A stretch of DNA of 64,000 nucleotides, from positions 11,247 through 75,246 of the forward strand of contig JAZGFI010000277.1 in the NCBI GenBank assembly GCA_036479435.1, in the 5' to 3' direction. Source of the DNA: Planctomycetota bacterium (GTDB lineage: Bacteria; Planctomycetota; GCA-002687715; DRQF01). A model generated the notes under the pieces. It was not told the origin of the DNA. It worked only from the letters and a program-made list of their open reading frames with translations, and searched no databases. Shown piece after piece: positions 17,914-28,366 of this stretch. The first letter of the stretch is position 1. Every line of letters begins with the position of its first letter. Made by a program: the position numbers and the translations under genes.

Positions 17914-18453
17914 TCACGGCCGGGACCCTCCCCCGAGTTTCCACCGCAACAAGAGCGACAGCGTCAGGGCATCCTCTATTTCGCCCTCGAGGGCCATCTG
18001 CTCGACTTCCTTCATCTCAAATGTTCGCACATCAATGTCCTCAAAGGGCTCGAGGGCCGTGGGAACAGATTCCAACGTCCAGGCCGCGAAAAGATGGACA
18101 CGGTGCCTGACGATGCCCACCAGGGGCCACACGAAACCGAGGCTCCGCAGCGAACTCGCATCGAGGCCCGCCTCCTCGCGAAGCTCTCGAAGCGCCGCTG
18201 CTTTTGGAGTCTCGCCGGCATCGACCCGCCCCGCAGGAAACTCCCAGATCGGGTACCCGACGGCCTGGCGATGTTGGCGGATCATGACAATTCGACCATC
18301 ATCGGCTATCGGCATCACCGCCGCGCCGTCGCCCACATCTACCACGCTCCAGTCCGTTTCACGGTCTCCTCCCAAGCGGATGCGCTCGATGTGAAGGCGT
18401 AAAATTTGATTGCTGAAGACTTCACGGTCCCCAATAACTTCCCAATCCTGCAC
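17914..18453 (-). CDS. NUDIX hydrolase (ADP-ribose pyrophosphatase-like)
   Basis: Nudix box GRVDAGETPKAAALRELREEAG and EFPAG. Confidence 0.92.
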   Translation of the reverse strand: MQDWEVIGDREVFSNQILRLHIERIRLGGDRETDWSVVDVGDGAAVMPIADDGRIVMIRQHRQAVGYPIWEFPAGRVDAGETPKAAALRELREEAGLDASSLRSLGFVWPLVGIVRHRVHLFAAWTLESVPTALEPFEDIDVRTFEMKEVEQMALEGEIEDALTLSLLLRWKLGGGSRP

Positions 18454-18604
18454 TGGCTGATCCCCGATCTGAGCGCTTTTGAGGCCTGCTCCCGGCTATT
18501 TGCTGATTCGAAGGATAGACGGATCAACAAAGAGTTGGCACATCGGGATTTGATACCTAAATTCAGGTACAAGCGCTGGTCGAAAGAGATTTGGAGGATT
18601 TGGA

Positions 18605-19135
18605 ATGCCCGCAACCATCATCACGCTCATGCCACGAGTAGGACAATTCTTGGCGGCCGCCGCTCTGATCCTATGCGCCTCCACGGCGGCGCTCGCTCAA
18701 TTCGGCAATGATAGGACCGGGACCAGGACCAGCCAATCGCCCGAGGAACGCCCCCTGAGCGAACTCGAGCAGAAGTTCCCGGTCCTGCAGCCGAACAAGA
18801 AACCGATACTCTTGCGACCGGCCCGACCCACCTTGGTCATCAAGGCCGCCCATCGCGGCGACGCCACGATGAAGAGACTCCGCGCCGACCGTAAGGCCCT
18901 ACTGAGCTCGATACGGGCTGCGAAGCGTGTCGGGGACCGCAAGGCGATGGCGCAAGTCTGCGCCCGGCTCGAGAGACTCCGGCTCAAGCGACTGGCGCGG
19001 CTGCGTCAGATTTCAGAACCGGTCATCAAGATCGCGGAGATGCCGATGATTCCCGGGCAAGGTCCGAAGAGTCAACCGACGAAACAGCCGATGCCGATCT
19101 TGCCGATTCCGACTTTGCCCGATTCGAAGAACTAA
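18605..19135 (+). CDS. Secreted hypothetical basic/Pro-rich protein
   Basis: GGAGG upstream of the ATG and a signal peptide (AAAALILCASTAALA). Confidence 0.6.
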   Translation: MPATIITLMPRVGQFLAAAALILCASTAALAQFGNDRTGTRTSQSPEERPLSELEQKFPVLQPNKKPILLRPARPTLVIKAAHRGDATMKRLRADRKALLSSIRAAKRVGDRKAMAQVCARLERLRLKRLARLRQISEPVIKIAEMPMIPGQGPKSQPTKQPMPILPIPTLPDSKN

Positions 19136-20225
19136 ACAGGACCAACAGCGCCCCTAACAGCGCCAAGGCGAGGGCTGCGCCATCTCGAGAACGCGTGCCG
19201 GTACTCCCAGCTAACCACGCGCGCCCTTGGGCATGAGCGATCCGCAGGGTGCCTGCCGCGACCGGCGGCCTGGGGACTCTGGTGATCGCCAACTGAAAAA
19301 GGTCGGCTTGCACGCCAAATAGGGAACCTGAGTTTTCGCCCCCGAGGTAGAGCGCCGTTGTACGTTCGGACTTTCTCATTTCGCCAGGGCCAGCGCTGGG
19401 TAGGACGTAGAGGTCGACTTTCGCCGCCTGCACTAATTCTCGCCATTCTTGCGGGTTGCGACGGGGCGCGGCAACTTGAACCACAACCGCGAAGCGATGG
19501 TCTTGTCGCTGCTCACTCAGAGTCCTCCGCAACGCCGCCAAAGACCCCTTGATCTCAGGGTCGCAGAGTATCAGCAGCAGCTGTGCTCGCGGCGCGTACG
19601 CAAAGAGGGCCTCGCCCTCGGGCAAGATCCACCAGGGCACTTCTTTTGAATGACGACGCTTTTGGGCAAGAGCTTCGGGCCGCGATAAAAGGGAAAGGGC
19701 CCCTGTCTTACTCGCAACGACGACAAAATCAGGTTTGAGATCTGTCAGCGCCTCTCTGGTCAACAAGTCGCTCCAATCCGATGCCCGAGCTGATCCAGAC
19801 CAAAACAAAAATCTCAGCGAAGCGTCATCGATCCGCGCCGCCATCAAATCGCGGCTGCGGGACGCCTCGACGCTTAGGGTCGCGGCCGTAAAGGCGGACT
19901 CTGACTGACTCCACCAGCTCGCCGCGCCGGCAAATAGCGCCAAGGCCCCCAAGCCGAGGGCGAAGACGCTTTTGCCCCGCCGCCGCCCTGAGACGGCCAC
20001 CCAATTCGCCGCTAAGGTGCCTATACCGCAACCCAACAGCGCAATCCCCGTCAAAGCCGGGCCCAAAGCCAACAACGAGATCCCCAGCAACCAACAGAGA
20101 AGACCCGCCGTAATCGCCAATCCCGACAAGATAAAGGGAGGAGGGCGGCGCCAGGCTCCGAAGGCGAGCCCAAGGGCCAAGAGCAAGCCCAAAGCCCCCG
20201 ATGTCATTTCCAAAACCATCAGCAT
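19026..20225 (-). CDS. Membrane protein with a degenerate metallophosphoesterase-like domain
   Basis: Four N-terminal TM helices, a soluble domain (LRFLFWSGS, PDFVVVAS, VPWWILPEG, VDLYVLPS) and a C-terminal TM. Its 3' end overlaps the convergent gene by about 110 bp. Confidence 0.55.
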   Translation of the reverse strand: MLMVLEMTSGALGLLLALGLAFGAWRRPPPFILSGLAITAGLLCWLLGISLLALGPALTGIALLGCGIGTLAANWVAVSGRRRGKSVFALGLGALALFAGAASWWSQSESAFTAATLSVEASRSRDLMAARIDDASLRFLFWSGSARASDWSDLLTREALTDLKPDFVVVASKTGALSLLSRPEALAQKRRHSKEVPWWILPEGEALFAYAPRAQLLLILCDPEIKGSLAALRRTLSEQRQDHRFAVVVQVAAPRRNPQEWRELVQAAKVDLYVLPSAGPGEMRKSERTTALYLGGENSGSLFGVQADLFQLAITRVPRPPVAAGTLRIAHAQGRAWLAGSTGTRSRDGAALALALLGALLVLFSSSNRAKSESARSASAVSSVDSSDLARESSASPRS

Positions 20226-20305
20226 GGCCCAATGATAGCCAAGGGGAAGACCTTCCCCAGCGTGACCTCCTTGCCGCAATCATGGGCTGCCCCTACGATC
20301 GATAC

Positions 20306-21889
20306 ATGAGATTTCCGCGTTTGCTGCCTTTACTGACATTTGGCCTCCTTTACGCTTGGTCGCCGCTCGCCTGCGAACTTTGCGCGCAGGGTTTTCAAGA
20401 CGGGCGCCAGCTGAGTTTCGAAACCAAATTCTCCCGAATCCGCATCCTCGAGACCCCGCGGGGGCAAGTCGTCAACAACCGTTTTTTCGAAGCGCTGCGG
20501 CGGGAGATCGAGGAGGCCGCGGCTGACGGCGATATCGCGCTCATCATCGACATCCACTCGGGGGGCGGCGAGGTCCCGGCGGCCGAGGCTATATCAGACC
20601 TCATTCGCCAGTACCGCGAACACGAAAGCATGAGAATCCTCGCCTACGTGGGACCGCGCAACGAGGCGATCTCGGCCGCGGCGTGGATCGCGATGTCCTG
20701 CCGTGGGCTCTTCATCGCGCCCGATGCCGTCATCGGTGACATTCAACCCTTGGTCGGTAGCTTTCGCGGCTATGAAAACGTCCCAGAAAAGATCGTCACC
20801 AAGCTCAGTGAGGACGTGTGGCTTTCGGCACGCGAGAACGGACTCGAGGACACTTACCCCGCGATGTTTGTGCGGGCGATGGTCGACAAGGATCTCAACA
20901 TCTACGCGGTGCGCAATCCGACCCTCGGCACCGAGACTTTCATGCGCGCCCGCGAGTACGAGGCCATCCCCGCTCGGCGCCAAGAAGGCCTGGTCGTCGA
21001 AGAAGTGACGCAGCCGGGACTCGCGTTCACTACTAACGGGCAAGATATGCTTCGCTGGGGTTTCAGGGTGAGGACCATTAAAAATCGCGCTGAGATCGTC
21101 GACTATCTCGGAACCGCCGACGCCGACGTCGAAGTTCGAAAACTGAAAGTCCGCTCGCCCTTCAGCTTCGAGTTTGACTGGGCCTGGATTCTGTTGGCCA
21201 TCGGGTTTTTGCTGCTATTCGCGGAGTTCCAGGCGCCGGGCTTGGGGATCTTCGGCGTGCTTGGCGTCGCGGTGATGATCGGATTCTTCATCGCGCAGTT
21301 CGGTCTCACCGGCGGCGCCATGCTGCCGATCGCTCTTTTGCTTTTGGGCGTCATGCTGATTCTCGTCGAGTTGGTCTTGCTACCCGGTTTTTTAGCTCCG
21401 GGCCTGAGCGGCTTGGCCCTCGTGCTCTACGCGACCTACATCGGGATTGCCCATCCCGAATCAGGTACGCTCTTTCCTTGGCCAGACTTTGACGACGAAG
21501 AATCGCGACTGGGCCTGAAGGTCTGGGCGGGTACTTTGAGTGCGAGTGTTGTCTCTGCCTTCGTCATCAGCTTTTTCTTCAGTAAATTCCTCCATCGCAT
21601 TCCCTGGCTGGGAAAGGTGATCATCGTGCCCCCGGCAAACGTCGCCGGGGCACTCGACGGCGCCGTCACGCCCACGGATCGCGTGGCGGTAAATCTCGGC
21701 GATCGCGGCGAAGCGATCACCGACCTCAGACCCTCTGGGTCCGCAAAGATCGCGGGGCGCAAGATCGACGTCGTCGGCCGCGGCCCCTACATCGAACAGG
21801 GAGTTCTGGTGGAAGTTTGTGAGGTAAAAGGCAATCGCATTGTCGTCCGCGCCCTGCGCGACGGCGCATCGGGAGGAGAGCTCTCGTGA
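20306..21889 (+). CDS. nfeD: Long-form NfeD (ClpP-class protease domain, TM domain, OB-fold)
   Basis: IHSGGG, AISAAAWIAMSC, PEK, EFQAPGLG and TDLRPSG...DVV...VKGNRIVVR. Confidence 0.88.
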   Translation: MRFPRLLPLLTFGLLYAWSPLACELCAQGFQDGRQLSFETKFSRIRILETPRGQVVNNRFFEALRREIEEAAADGDIALIIDIHSGGGEVPAAEAISDLIRQYREHESMRILAYVGPRNEAISAAAWIAMSCRGLFIAPDAVIGDIQPLVGSFRGYENVPEKIVTKLSEDVWLSARENGLEDTYPAMFVRAMVDKDLNIYAVRNPTLGTETFMRAREYEAIPARRQEGLVVEEVTQPGLAFTTNGQDMLRWGFRVRTIKNRAEIVDYLGTADADVEVRKLKVRSPFSFEFDWAWILLAIGFLLLFAEFQAPGLGIFGVLGVAVMIGFFIAQFGLTGGAMLPIALLLLGVMLILVELVLLPGFLAPGLSGLALVLYATYIGIAHPESGTLFPWPDFDDEESRLGLKVWAGTLSASVVSAFVISFFFSKFLHRIPWLGKVIIVPPANVAGALDGAVTPTDRVAVNLGDRGEAITDLRPSGSAKIAGRKIDVVGRGPYIEQGVLVEVCEVKGNRIVVRALRDGASGGELS

Positions 21890-22377
21890 CCATGATCCTT
21901 TTGCTATTCGTCGTCGCATCCGCATTGGTCGTCGCGGAAGTCCTATTCCCCAGCTTCGGACTTTTGAGTCTGCTCTCGATTTCCTGCTATGTCACGGCGG
22001 TCATCAAGGCCTTCGACATCGGCCAGACCCAGGGCTACACGGCTCTCAGTGCCGTCATCATCCTCGCGCCCATTACTATCTGGGGCGGTTTCCAGATCTT
22101 AAGACACACCTCGCTCGGTCGCCGCCTCATCCTGAGTGGGCCCAAAGAAGCCGATGTGCGGGGTCGCGGCACCAACAAAAACTTGGAGACCTATTTGGGA
22201 CGCGAAGGCGTCGCCGCGACCGATTTACGCCCGAGTGGCGCCGTCGACATTGGGGATGATCGCGTTGATGCAGTAAGCGAAGGTGATTTCGTCGAAGCCG
22301 GAACGAAGGTTCGCGTGGTCTACGTCGAGGGCAATCGCCTCGTCGTAGAAACGCTGGCGGCCGCATCCAGTGCCTAA
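21886..22377 (+). CDS. nfeD: Short NfeD-family protein
   Basis: [11 protein letters not shown] segment and C-terminal OB domain (TDLRPSG...DAVSEG...VEGNRLVV). GTG start overlaps the upstream stop. Confidence 0.88.
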   Translation: MTMILLLFVVASALVVAEVLFPSFGLLSLLSISCYVTAVIKAFDIGQTQGYTALSAVIILAPITIWGGFQILRHTSLGRRLILSGPKEADVRGRGTNKNLETYLGREGVAATDLRPSGAVDIGDDRVDAVSEGDFVEAGTKVRVVYVEGNRLVVETLAAASSA

Positions 22378-22469
22378 CAAAGAACAAAGCCGCCGTTATA
22401 GGGCGGACTTACCCACACCTGTCGCAATGGCTGCGACCAGGATGTGAAACTCAAAGGAGGGATTCTTCC

Positions 22470-23492
22470 ATGCCCGACATGCTCACGATCTTTTTCATCG
22501 TTCTCGGTATCGTCGCTTTCATGCTCTTCATCTTCGTGGTGAAGTACCTGAACCTTTATGTTCGCTCGCTCTTTTCTAAGGCCGGTATCGGCATCATCGA
22601 GCTCATCGGCATGTCGTTGAGAAAAGTCAACGCGAACGTCATCGTCGATTCTCGCATCCGGATTGTGCAATCCGGGCTCGACACCAGTCGCGCGCTCATC
22701 GAAGCCCACTATCTAGCCGGCGGCAACGTGCCGAACGTCGTTTCGGCGCTGATCGCGGCGAACCGCGCGGGCATCGATCTTGACTTTGAGCAGGCGGCGG
22801 CCATCGACCTCGCCGGTCGCGACATTCTCGACGCCGTGCGGACCTCGGTGAACCCGAAGGTCATTGACTGCCCCGAGCCGGGCAAAGGGCGCGGCAAGAT
22901 TTCAGCGGTCGCAGGTGATGGCATTGAGCTGTTAGCTACGGCTCGTGTAACCGTGCGCGCCAACCTCTCGCGCCTCGTCGGGGGGGCGACCGAAGACACC
23001 ATCATCGCGCGCGTGCAAGAGGGCATCTTGACCACGATCGGTTCTTCGTCGCACCACAACTCGGTGCTCGAAAACCCGGATCTCATTTCCAAGGTCGTGT
23101 TGCAAAAAGGCCTCGACGCCGGGACGGCCTTCGAGATCCTCTCGATCGACATCGCGGATATTGACGTCGGCGCCAACATTCGTTCGAAGCTCCAGATCGA
23201 CCAGGCTGAGGCCGACAAGCGCGTCGCTCAGGCCAAAGCCGAAGAAAGAAAAGCCATGGCCATCGCGCGCGAGCGGGAAATGGTCGCCCATACTCAGGAA
23301 AACCGCGCCAAGGTCGTCGAAGCCGAAGTGCAGATTCCCCTCGCTATGGCCGATGCCTTCCGCAACGGACAGTTCGGCGTTCTAGACTACTACAACATGA
23401 AGAACGTCTTGGCCGACACCGCGATGCGGGAATCGATCGCGCGCGGTGGTAGTAACACTGACAGCGAGGATTCGGACGACTCAGACTCATGA
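22470..23492 (+). CDS. floA: Flotillin-like protein FloA (YqfA/UPF0365)
   Basis: [37 protein letters not shown] and [17 protein letters not shown]. Confidence 0.95.
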   Translation: MPDMLTIFFIVLGIVAFMLFIFVVKYLNLYVRSLFSKAGIGIIELIGMSLRKVNANVIVDSRIRIVQSGLDTSRALIEAHYLAGGNVPNVVSALIAANRAGIDLDFEQAAAIDLAGRDILDAVRTSVNPKVIDCPEPGKGRGKISAVAGDGIELLATARVTVRANLSRLVGGATEDTIIARVQEGILTTIGSSSHHNSVLENPDLISKVVLQKGLDAGTAFEILSIDIADIDVGANIRSKLQIDQAEADKRVAQAKAEERKAMAIAREREMVAHTQENRAKVVEAEVQIPLAMADAFRNGQFGVLDYYNMKNVLADTAMRESIARGGSNTDSEDSDDSDS

Positions 23493-24100
23493 CCCAGCTG
23501 ATTATCACCGGTTTGATCTTGATGATTCCGCTCCTGATTAGCCTCATGGAGCAGAAAAACCGTAAGGATCAGGCGCGGCAAGCCATGAAAAAAGTGCGCC
23601 AGCGACAAGACGAGCCGCAGGCACCAGCACCGAAGGCCAAGCCGTCACTTGCGGATTGGATCGAGGACCTCAAACAAAAACAAGACCTCACGAGCAGCAT
23701 GGACCCCGCCGCCTCATCGCGAAAGCGGGTGCTCGACCCTCTCGAGGAGCCGGCCTTAGAGATGGAGTGGGACGACGATGATGAGTTCGATGTAGAGCCC
23801 GTCGAGCCGCCCCCCCTTAGCCGGCAGGGCTCAGACAGGCCTTGGGAGGACCCCAAGAATTACCACTTCCAAGAAACGGCCGCCGAGGCGATCGCTCGCG
23901 AGCGAGCGGAGAAAGAGTCGTTGGCGCGCAACGCGGCGCGTACATCCCTACTCTCAGCCCCGCGCGCGAAAGCGGCGAGCCGAGCCGCGCGGGCCCAACG
24001 TGTCGACTTTCATGCCGCCTTGACGCCTCAAGACATGAAACGCGCCGTCATCTTAAGAGAGATCCTCGACAAACCGCTGGCCTTGCGGGAGCGGCGCTAA
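23489..24100 (+). CDS. floA-associated membrane protein (YqfB-like)
   Basis: ATGA coupling to floA. N-terminal TM, low-complexity linker and C-terminal [15 protein letters not shown] motif. Confidence 0.7.
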   Translation: MTQLIITGLILMIPLLISLMEQKNRKDQARQAMKKVRQRQDEPQAPAPKAKPSLADWIEDLKQKQDLTSSMDPAASSRKRVLDPLEEPALEMEWDDDDEFDVEPVEPPPLSRQGSDRPWEDPKNYHFQETAAEAIARERAEKESLARNAARTSLLSAPRAKAASRAARAQRVDFHAALTPQDMKRAVILREILDKPLALRERR

Positions 24101-24191
24101 CGCAAGGCTTTAGCCTAGACCTGGGGCCCCAGCCCGCAAACCCGCAACAGTCGCGTCAGACGATTTTCACTACCCTTTCCACCAAGAGCAG

Positions 24192-24956
24192 CTAACGAAG
24201 GAAGGCCTTGCCGTCTTCAAGGTGAACGATGCGATTGGCGTGTACCGAAAGAGACTCGTCGTGAGTGACGACGACCATGGTCTGGCGCGTCTCGCGGTTG
24301 AGCTCGGCTAAAAGCTCGTGGACCTTCTCTGAGGTCTTGACGTCGAGGTTTCCGGTGGGCTCGTCGCACAGTAAGACCGCGGGTTCATTGAAGAGCGCGC
24401 GCGCCAGGGCGACACGCTGACGCTCCCCACCCGAAAGTTGGTTCGGCCGGTGCAAGCGGCGCTCACTGAGCCCCACTATCTTGAGGAAGTGCTCGGCTTT
24501 TTCGCGCGCCTGCTTGCGATTTGCCAGCCATTTGGAAACGCCGTACTTCACCTGCCCCGACATCAGCACGTTCTCGATGGCGGTAAATTCGGGCAGAAGG
24601 TGAAAAAACTGAAACACAAAACCGATACCGCGGGCACGCGCGGCGGCGCGAGCCGAGGTCGACGCCTGGGCGTAGTCGCGGCCTTCGAGGGTCAAGGAGC
24701 CGGCGTCTGGCCGGTCCAAAAGCCCCAGCATGTGCAGCAGGGTGCTTTTCCCGATCCCGCTTTTGCCCTCGATGAGCAGCAACTCCGATCTGTAGACGTC
24801 GAGATCGAGGGACTGGAGGATAGGGAGCTTGCCACCGCTCGGCAAAGCGTAGCTCTTGTCTAGGCCGCGTATTCGATAGACGAGTTCGGCGCTGGGAGTC
24901 TCGGAGAAAGCCGCGTGCGGCGAGGGCGTCGTCGGCGTGGATGTCAGATCACTCAT
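24192..24956 (-). CDS. lolD: LolD-type ABC ATP-binding protein
   Basis: GKSGIGKST, GFVFQFFHLLPEF, LSGGERQR and CDEPTGNLD. Lies next to a LolE-like permease. Confidence 0.85.
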   Translation of the reverse strand: MSDLTSTPTTPSPHAAFSETPSAELVYRIRGLDKSYALPSGGKLPILQSLDLDVYRSELLLIEGKSGIGKSTLLHMLGLLDRPDAGSLTLEGRDYAQASTSARAAARARGIGFVFQFFHLLPEFTAIENVLMSGQVKYGVSKWLANRKQAREKAEHFLKIVGLSERRLHRPNQLSGGERQRVALARALFNEPAVLLCDEPTGNLDVKTSEKVHELLAELNRETRQTMVVVTHDESLSVHANRIVHLEDGKAFLR

Positions 24957-26301
24957 AAGACAAACACTTAACCGGATCGAGACGGGCGGCGCGCAGGGCC
25001 GGGAACAGGCTTGAGACCAAACACCAAGCGAAAGTGCCAACTGCGTAGATGGCGATTTGCGTCGAGTCAAAGTGAGTTGGCAATCCGTCGAACTCGTAGA
25101 CCTTTGGCGGGAACAGCTGGACGCCAAACTGGTCTTCGATGAAGCGAAGGATTCCGTTCAGATTTGCGGCGACCTGAACGCCTAAAAAGGTACCGACCAG
25201 GCTCCCGATCAAACCTAGGATGCCGCCGTAGAACAAAAAGATCCCAATGATCCCCCGCCCCGTCGCCCCCATCGACAACAAGATGCCGATGTCGCGGGTC
25301 TTTTCGAGGACGACCATGTAGAGGATGCCGCAGATCGAAGAACCTGCGACCAGGATAATGCAGGCTAGAACGATCAGCATCGCGAGTTTCTCGAATTTAA
25401 GAGCGTCTGAGTAGCTCTTCATGCGGTCTTCCCAGGTGTTGGCCTTAAGGGGGCCATCATCGCCGCCCTGCGCGGCGAGAATCGCTTTTTTGACCTGGCT
25501 GGCTTCGTCTTGTTTGTCAACTCGGCACACGATGTGTTGACAGTCGTTGCGAAGACCAAGGAGGTCTTTTAGAACCACGCCTTCGCAAAAGGCGAACTCG
25601 TTGTCGTAGTCGAATCGCCCGGACTTGAAAGCACCGGTGACCACAAAACGCTCGCTAGTCGGCTTTACATCGTCGAGCGAGTCCGCGTTCAGGACTCCCG
25701 AGATCAAGGTCACGCGATCGCCCCGAAAAACCTGTAGCCTCTGCGCGAGCTTCAGCCCCAAGATGATACCGGGGTCGGTGGAGATGGGGCCCGCAGGCGA
25801 TTTGTAGAAAAAGGGGTTCTCAGGTGCCCCCTCTCCGATTGGCAGCCGGAGATCCGAATCCTCAACATCGCCAAAAAGCTGATCGAGGGGCAAGACCTTC
25901 GCTTCGAGCTTAGGGTCGATACCGATGATGCGGATAAAGGCATCGCGTTTGTTGCGCTTTGGCGAAAAAGGATTGGCCCCCGCCGTCGTCGCCACCAGAG
26001 CAAAATGAAGGATGCGCTTGCTCATCGCCAAAATCGGACCGCCATTCTCAGCGAGCAGCGGCGCAAGCTGTTCTTTGACCTGCTCGTAGTGCCCTGGCGC
26101 GGCGCGAAGGTCGGGATCTTTGAGGTAGACCGTCAACGACCCGTCAACTTTGTAGATGCTCTCGCGAATGCGCAGCTGAAAGCCGTCCATCACCGAATTC
26201 ACCACGATCATCGCCATGAGGCCAAAAGCGATCGCGATGATGGAGATGTAGGCGATCCTTCGCCGGACGAGATAGCGGAGCGCAATGGTCAGTTTGTACA
26301 T
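24949..26301 (-). CDS. lolE: LolC/E-type (MacB/FtsX) lipoprotein-releasing permease
   Basis: IALRYL, VVNSVMDGF, EKTRDIGILLSMGA and FPALRAARLDPVKCLSYE. Confidence 0.85.
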   Translation of the reverse strand: MYKLTIALRYLVRRRIAYISIIAIAFGLMAMIVVNSVMDGFQLRIRESIYKVDGSLTVYLKDPDLRAAPGHYEQVKEQLAPLLAENGGPILAMSKRILHFALVATTAGANPFSPKRNKRDAFIRIIGIDPKLEAKVLPLDQLFGDVEDSDLRLPIGEGAPENPFFYKSPAGPISTDPGIILGLKLAQRLQVFRGDRVTLISGVLNADSLDDVKPTSERFVVTGAFKSGRFDYDNEFAFCEGVVLKDLLGLRNDCQHIVCRVDKQDEASQVKKAILAAQGGDDGPLKANTWEDRMKSYSDALKFEKLAMLIVLACIILVAGSSICGILYMVVLEKTRDIGILLSMGATGRGIIGIFLFYGGILGLIGSLVGTFLGVQVAANLNGILRFIEDQFGVQLFPPKVYEFDGLPTHFDSTQIAIYAVGTFAWCLVSSLFPALRAARLDPVKCLSYE

Positions 26302-26474
26302 CGGGGCTCCCTAGGGTCGCGTCAGCCGCCTCGCCGTCCTCGACCTGAAGAGGCGGGGAAAGATGCATCCCTCGGGATAAGTGCACCCAAAACCACAACC
26401 GGTGGGCAGATGGGCCTATAAATCGAGTATCCGCAGCGCTGCGCGGAATAAGGTAGCCGCCCCTCAATTCCTAA

Positions 26475-28112
26475 TCAAGAATTGACAATCTCAAGGCCAC
26501 GGCGGCGGTCAAAGTAGGGGTGACGATCTAGCCACAAACGAAGATCTTCTTCTTCTTTGCTCATACGCTGGATCGGCCGCGCTTGACCACTTGGGGTCGT
26601 CCGCACCCCACTTCGGCCATCCAAGGGCCGGTCGAGGCCTTCGATGCGTAGCATCTGGCGGTGGAGTCCTTGGAGTAGTTCCCACTCCGGCGATCCTCCA
26701 AGATTGTCAACTTCGAGCTGTAGCCCCGCGCGTAACCAAGTGCGGAGCGCGAGCATGCCATCTTCGTTGACCCGCAAGATTTCACGAGCGATGTCGCGCA
26801 AGGCGGGTGAGCCTTTCGCGGAATCGACCAGGCCTTCGGCGAGAGCCAGCCCCTTCTCCGGGCGACGCCAAACCAAGATCCGCAGCGCCAAGGCGCCCAA
26901 ATGGCTGTTTTTCCCGTCGACGAGTTTCCGAAGGTCGACGCCGCCGCGTCCCCGCATCAAAAGGCCCAGCAGAGCCGCCCGGGCCGAGCGAGACGAAGAT
27001 GCGGTCAAGCCGGCGACCAAGGGTGCCTGGGCCTCCACATCGCGAAAGCGACCCAAAGCCAAGTACAAGACCCTGCGGACTTTATCGTCTCGTTCCTTTT
27101 TGGGCTTAAGCCGCTGGATGATGGCCAACAGAGCCTCGTCGCCACCCTGTCTCGCGAGCGCCAAAGCGCTGAGCGCTCGAATGCGGCCGTCGCGGTGCTG
27201 GAGAAAGCGACGATCCAAAAGAAGCCGCACAATCTGCGGGTCTTCAATCAAGGCCAGTCCGATCAAGGTCGCTTCCCGTACGACATCCTTGCGGTCCCCC
27301 AGTAGGCGCAGGCATTGCTTGAAATTGAAAGCGGCGCGCCGGTCCGCTGCGGCAAAGGCCGCCGCTTGGCGGATGCTGTCTTTGCGAGATCGCAACCCGA
27401 CCCGGATGGTGCGGTCACCGCCCGGATCTCCCAAACGCCCCAGTGCCAACAACAAGGCGGCACGAGATTCTTGGTTTTTCCAACGATCCCAAAAGCGCCC
27501 GAGTCGCTCGGCTTGAGCCGGTTTTCCCACACGAGCCAGGGCATAGAGAAGATGCCGGCGTGTTTCGCGGCGCTGAGCTTCTTGCAGTGCTGAAAACATG
27601 CTGGCAGCGTGTCGACCGTGCCCCATGCGCCCCAGTGCCCAGCCAAGCCGCCGGAGCATCACCTCGTCAGACTGTACGGAGCCGCGCTTGAATGCCCCTT
27701 CAATCGCTTGAACCACACGATCTTCAGGACCTGCACCAAGCCGGCCTAGGGTTAGGATTGCCTGTCGGCTCGCCTCACGACTTTCGGAATCCAACTCGCG
27801 CAGCAGCCGCCCCACCGCAGTTGATCCCAGCCCGACCAGTTCGCTACGGGCCTCGCGTCGCTGTCGGTTGCCTCCGATCAGGAGCGTCTTCCAGGCCGCT
27901 TCCACGCGGGCCTTCTTTGACCCCTTCGATAGGTCGCCAAACTCACTCCCAAAAAAAGCCTGCCACTCATTTCGAAGCTCTGGGCCTTGTGCGGACACCC
28001 GCCAATTCGATACCCAAAAGACTAATACAATACCGAAACAAGTCTTTAGGGGTAAATACTTTAGGCTGATACGCGCTCTGTCGGCTTTTTCCAAACTAAA
28101 GCTTGAGGTCAT
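26475..28112 (-). CDS. HEAT-repeat protein, probably exported
   Basis: Many HEAT units (e.g. RKDSIRQAAAFAAA, RDGRIRALSALALA). Hydrophobic segment near the N-terminus. Start uncertain. Confidence 0.75.
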   Translation of the reverse strand: MTSSFSLEKADRARISLKYLPLKTCFGIVLVFWVSNWRVSAQGPELRNEWQAFFGSEFGDLSKGSKKARVEAAWKTLLIGGNRQRREARSELVGLGSTAVGRLLRELDSESREASRQAILTLGRLGAGPEDRVVQAIEGAFKRGSVQSDEVMLRRLGWALGRMGHGRHAASMFSALQEAQRRETRRHLLYALARVGKPAQAERLGRFWDRWKNQESRAALLLALGRLGDPGGDRTIRVGLRSRKDSIRQAAAFAAADRRAAFNFKQCLRLLGDRKDVVREATLIGLALIEDPQIVRLLLDRRFLQHRDGRIRALSALALARQGGDEALLAIIQRLKPKKERDDKVRRVLYLALGRFRDVEAQAPLVAGLTASSSRSARAALLGLLMRGRGGVDLRKLVDGKNSHLGALALRILVWRRPEKGLALAEGLVDSAKGSPALRDIAREILRVNEDGMLALRTWLRAGLQLEVDNLGGSPEWELLQGLHRQMLRIEGLDRPLDGRSGVRTTPSGQARPIQRMSKEEEDLRLWLDRHPYFDRRRGLEIVNS

Positions 28113-28366
28113 TCACGAAATCTTTTTTAATGAACCAGTCAGAGGGATCAAGAACTGAAGAGCCATCCGCCTCGCACCTGCGAGAAACGGGAAAGTCGGC
28201 TGAGTGGACACGCGCTCGAACCAAGACGAGCGAGGTGTCAACAGCTTAGCAGACGGCCTCTTTCAGCCATTGAGCCTTCCAGGGTCATTTCCTGCGGGAA
28301 ATGCGCGTGCCAACGTTGAGCACCTTTCCCTGAATCAACGAACCTCGCCACTGGAGAACAGAAAAG

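Noticed and set aside
28298..28313. Sigma-54-like TTGGCACGCGCATTTC on the minus strand
   Set aside because: Good -24 element, but the conserved -12 GC reads TC.
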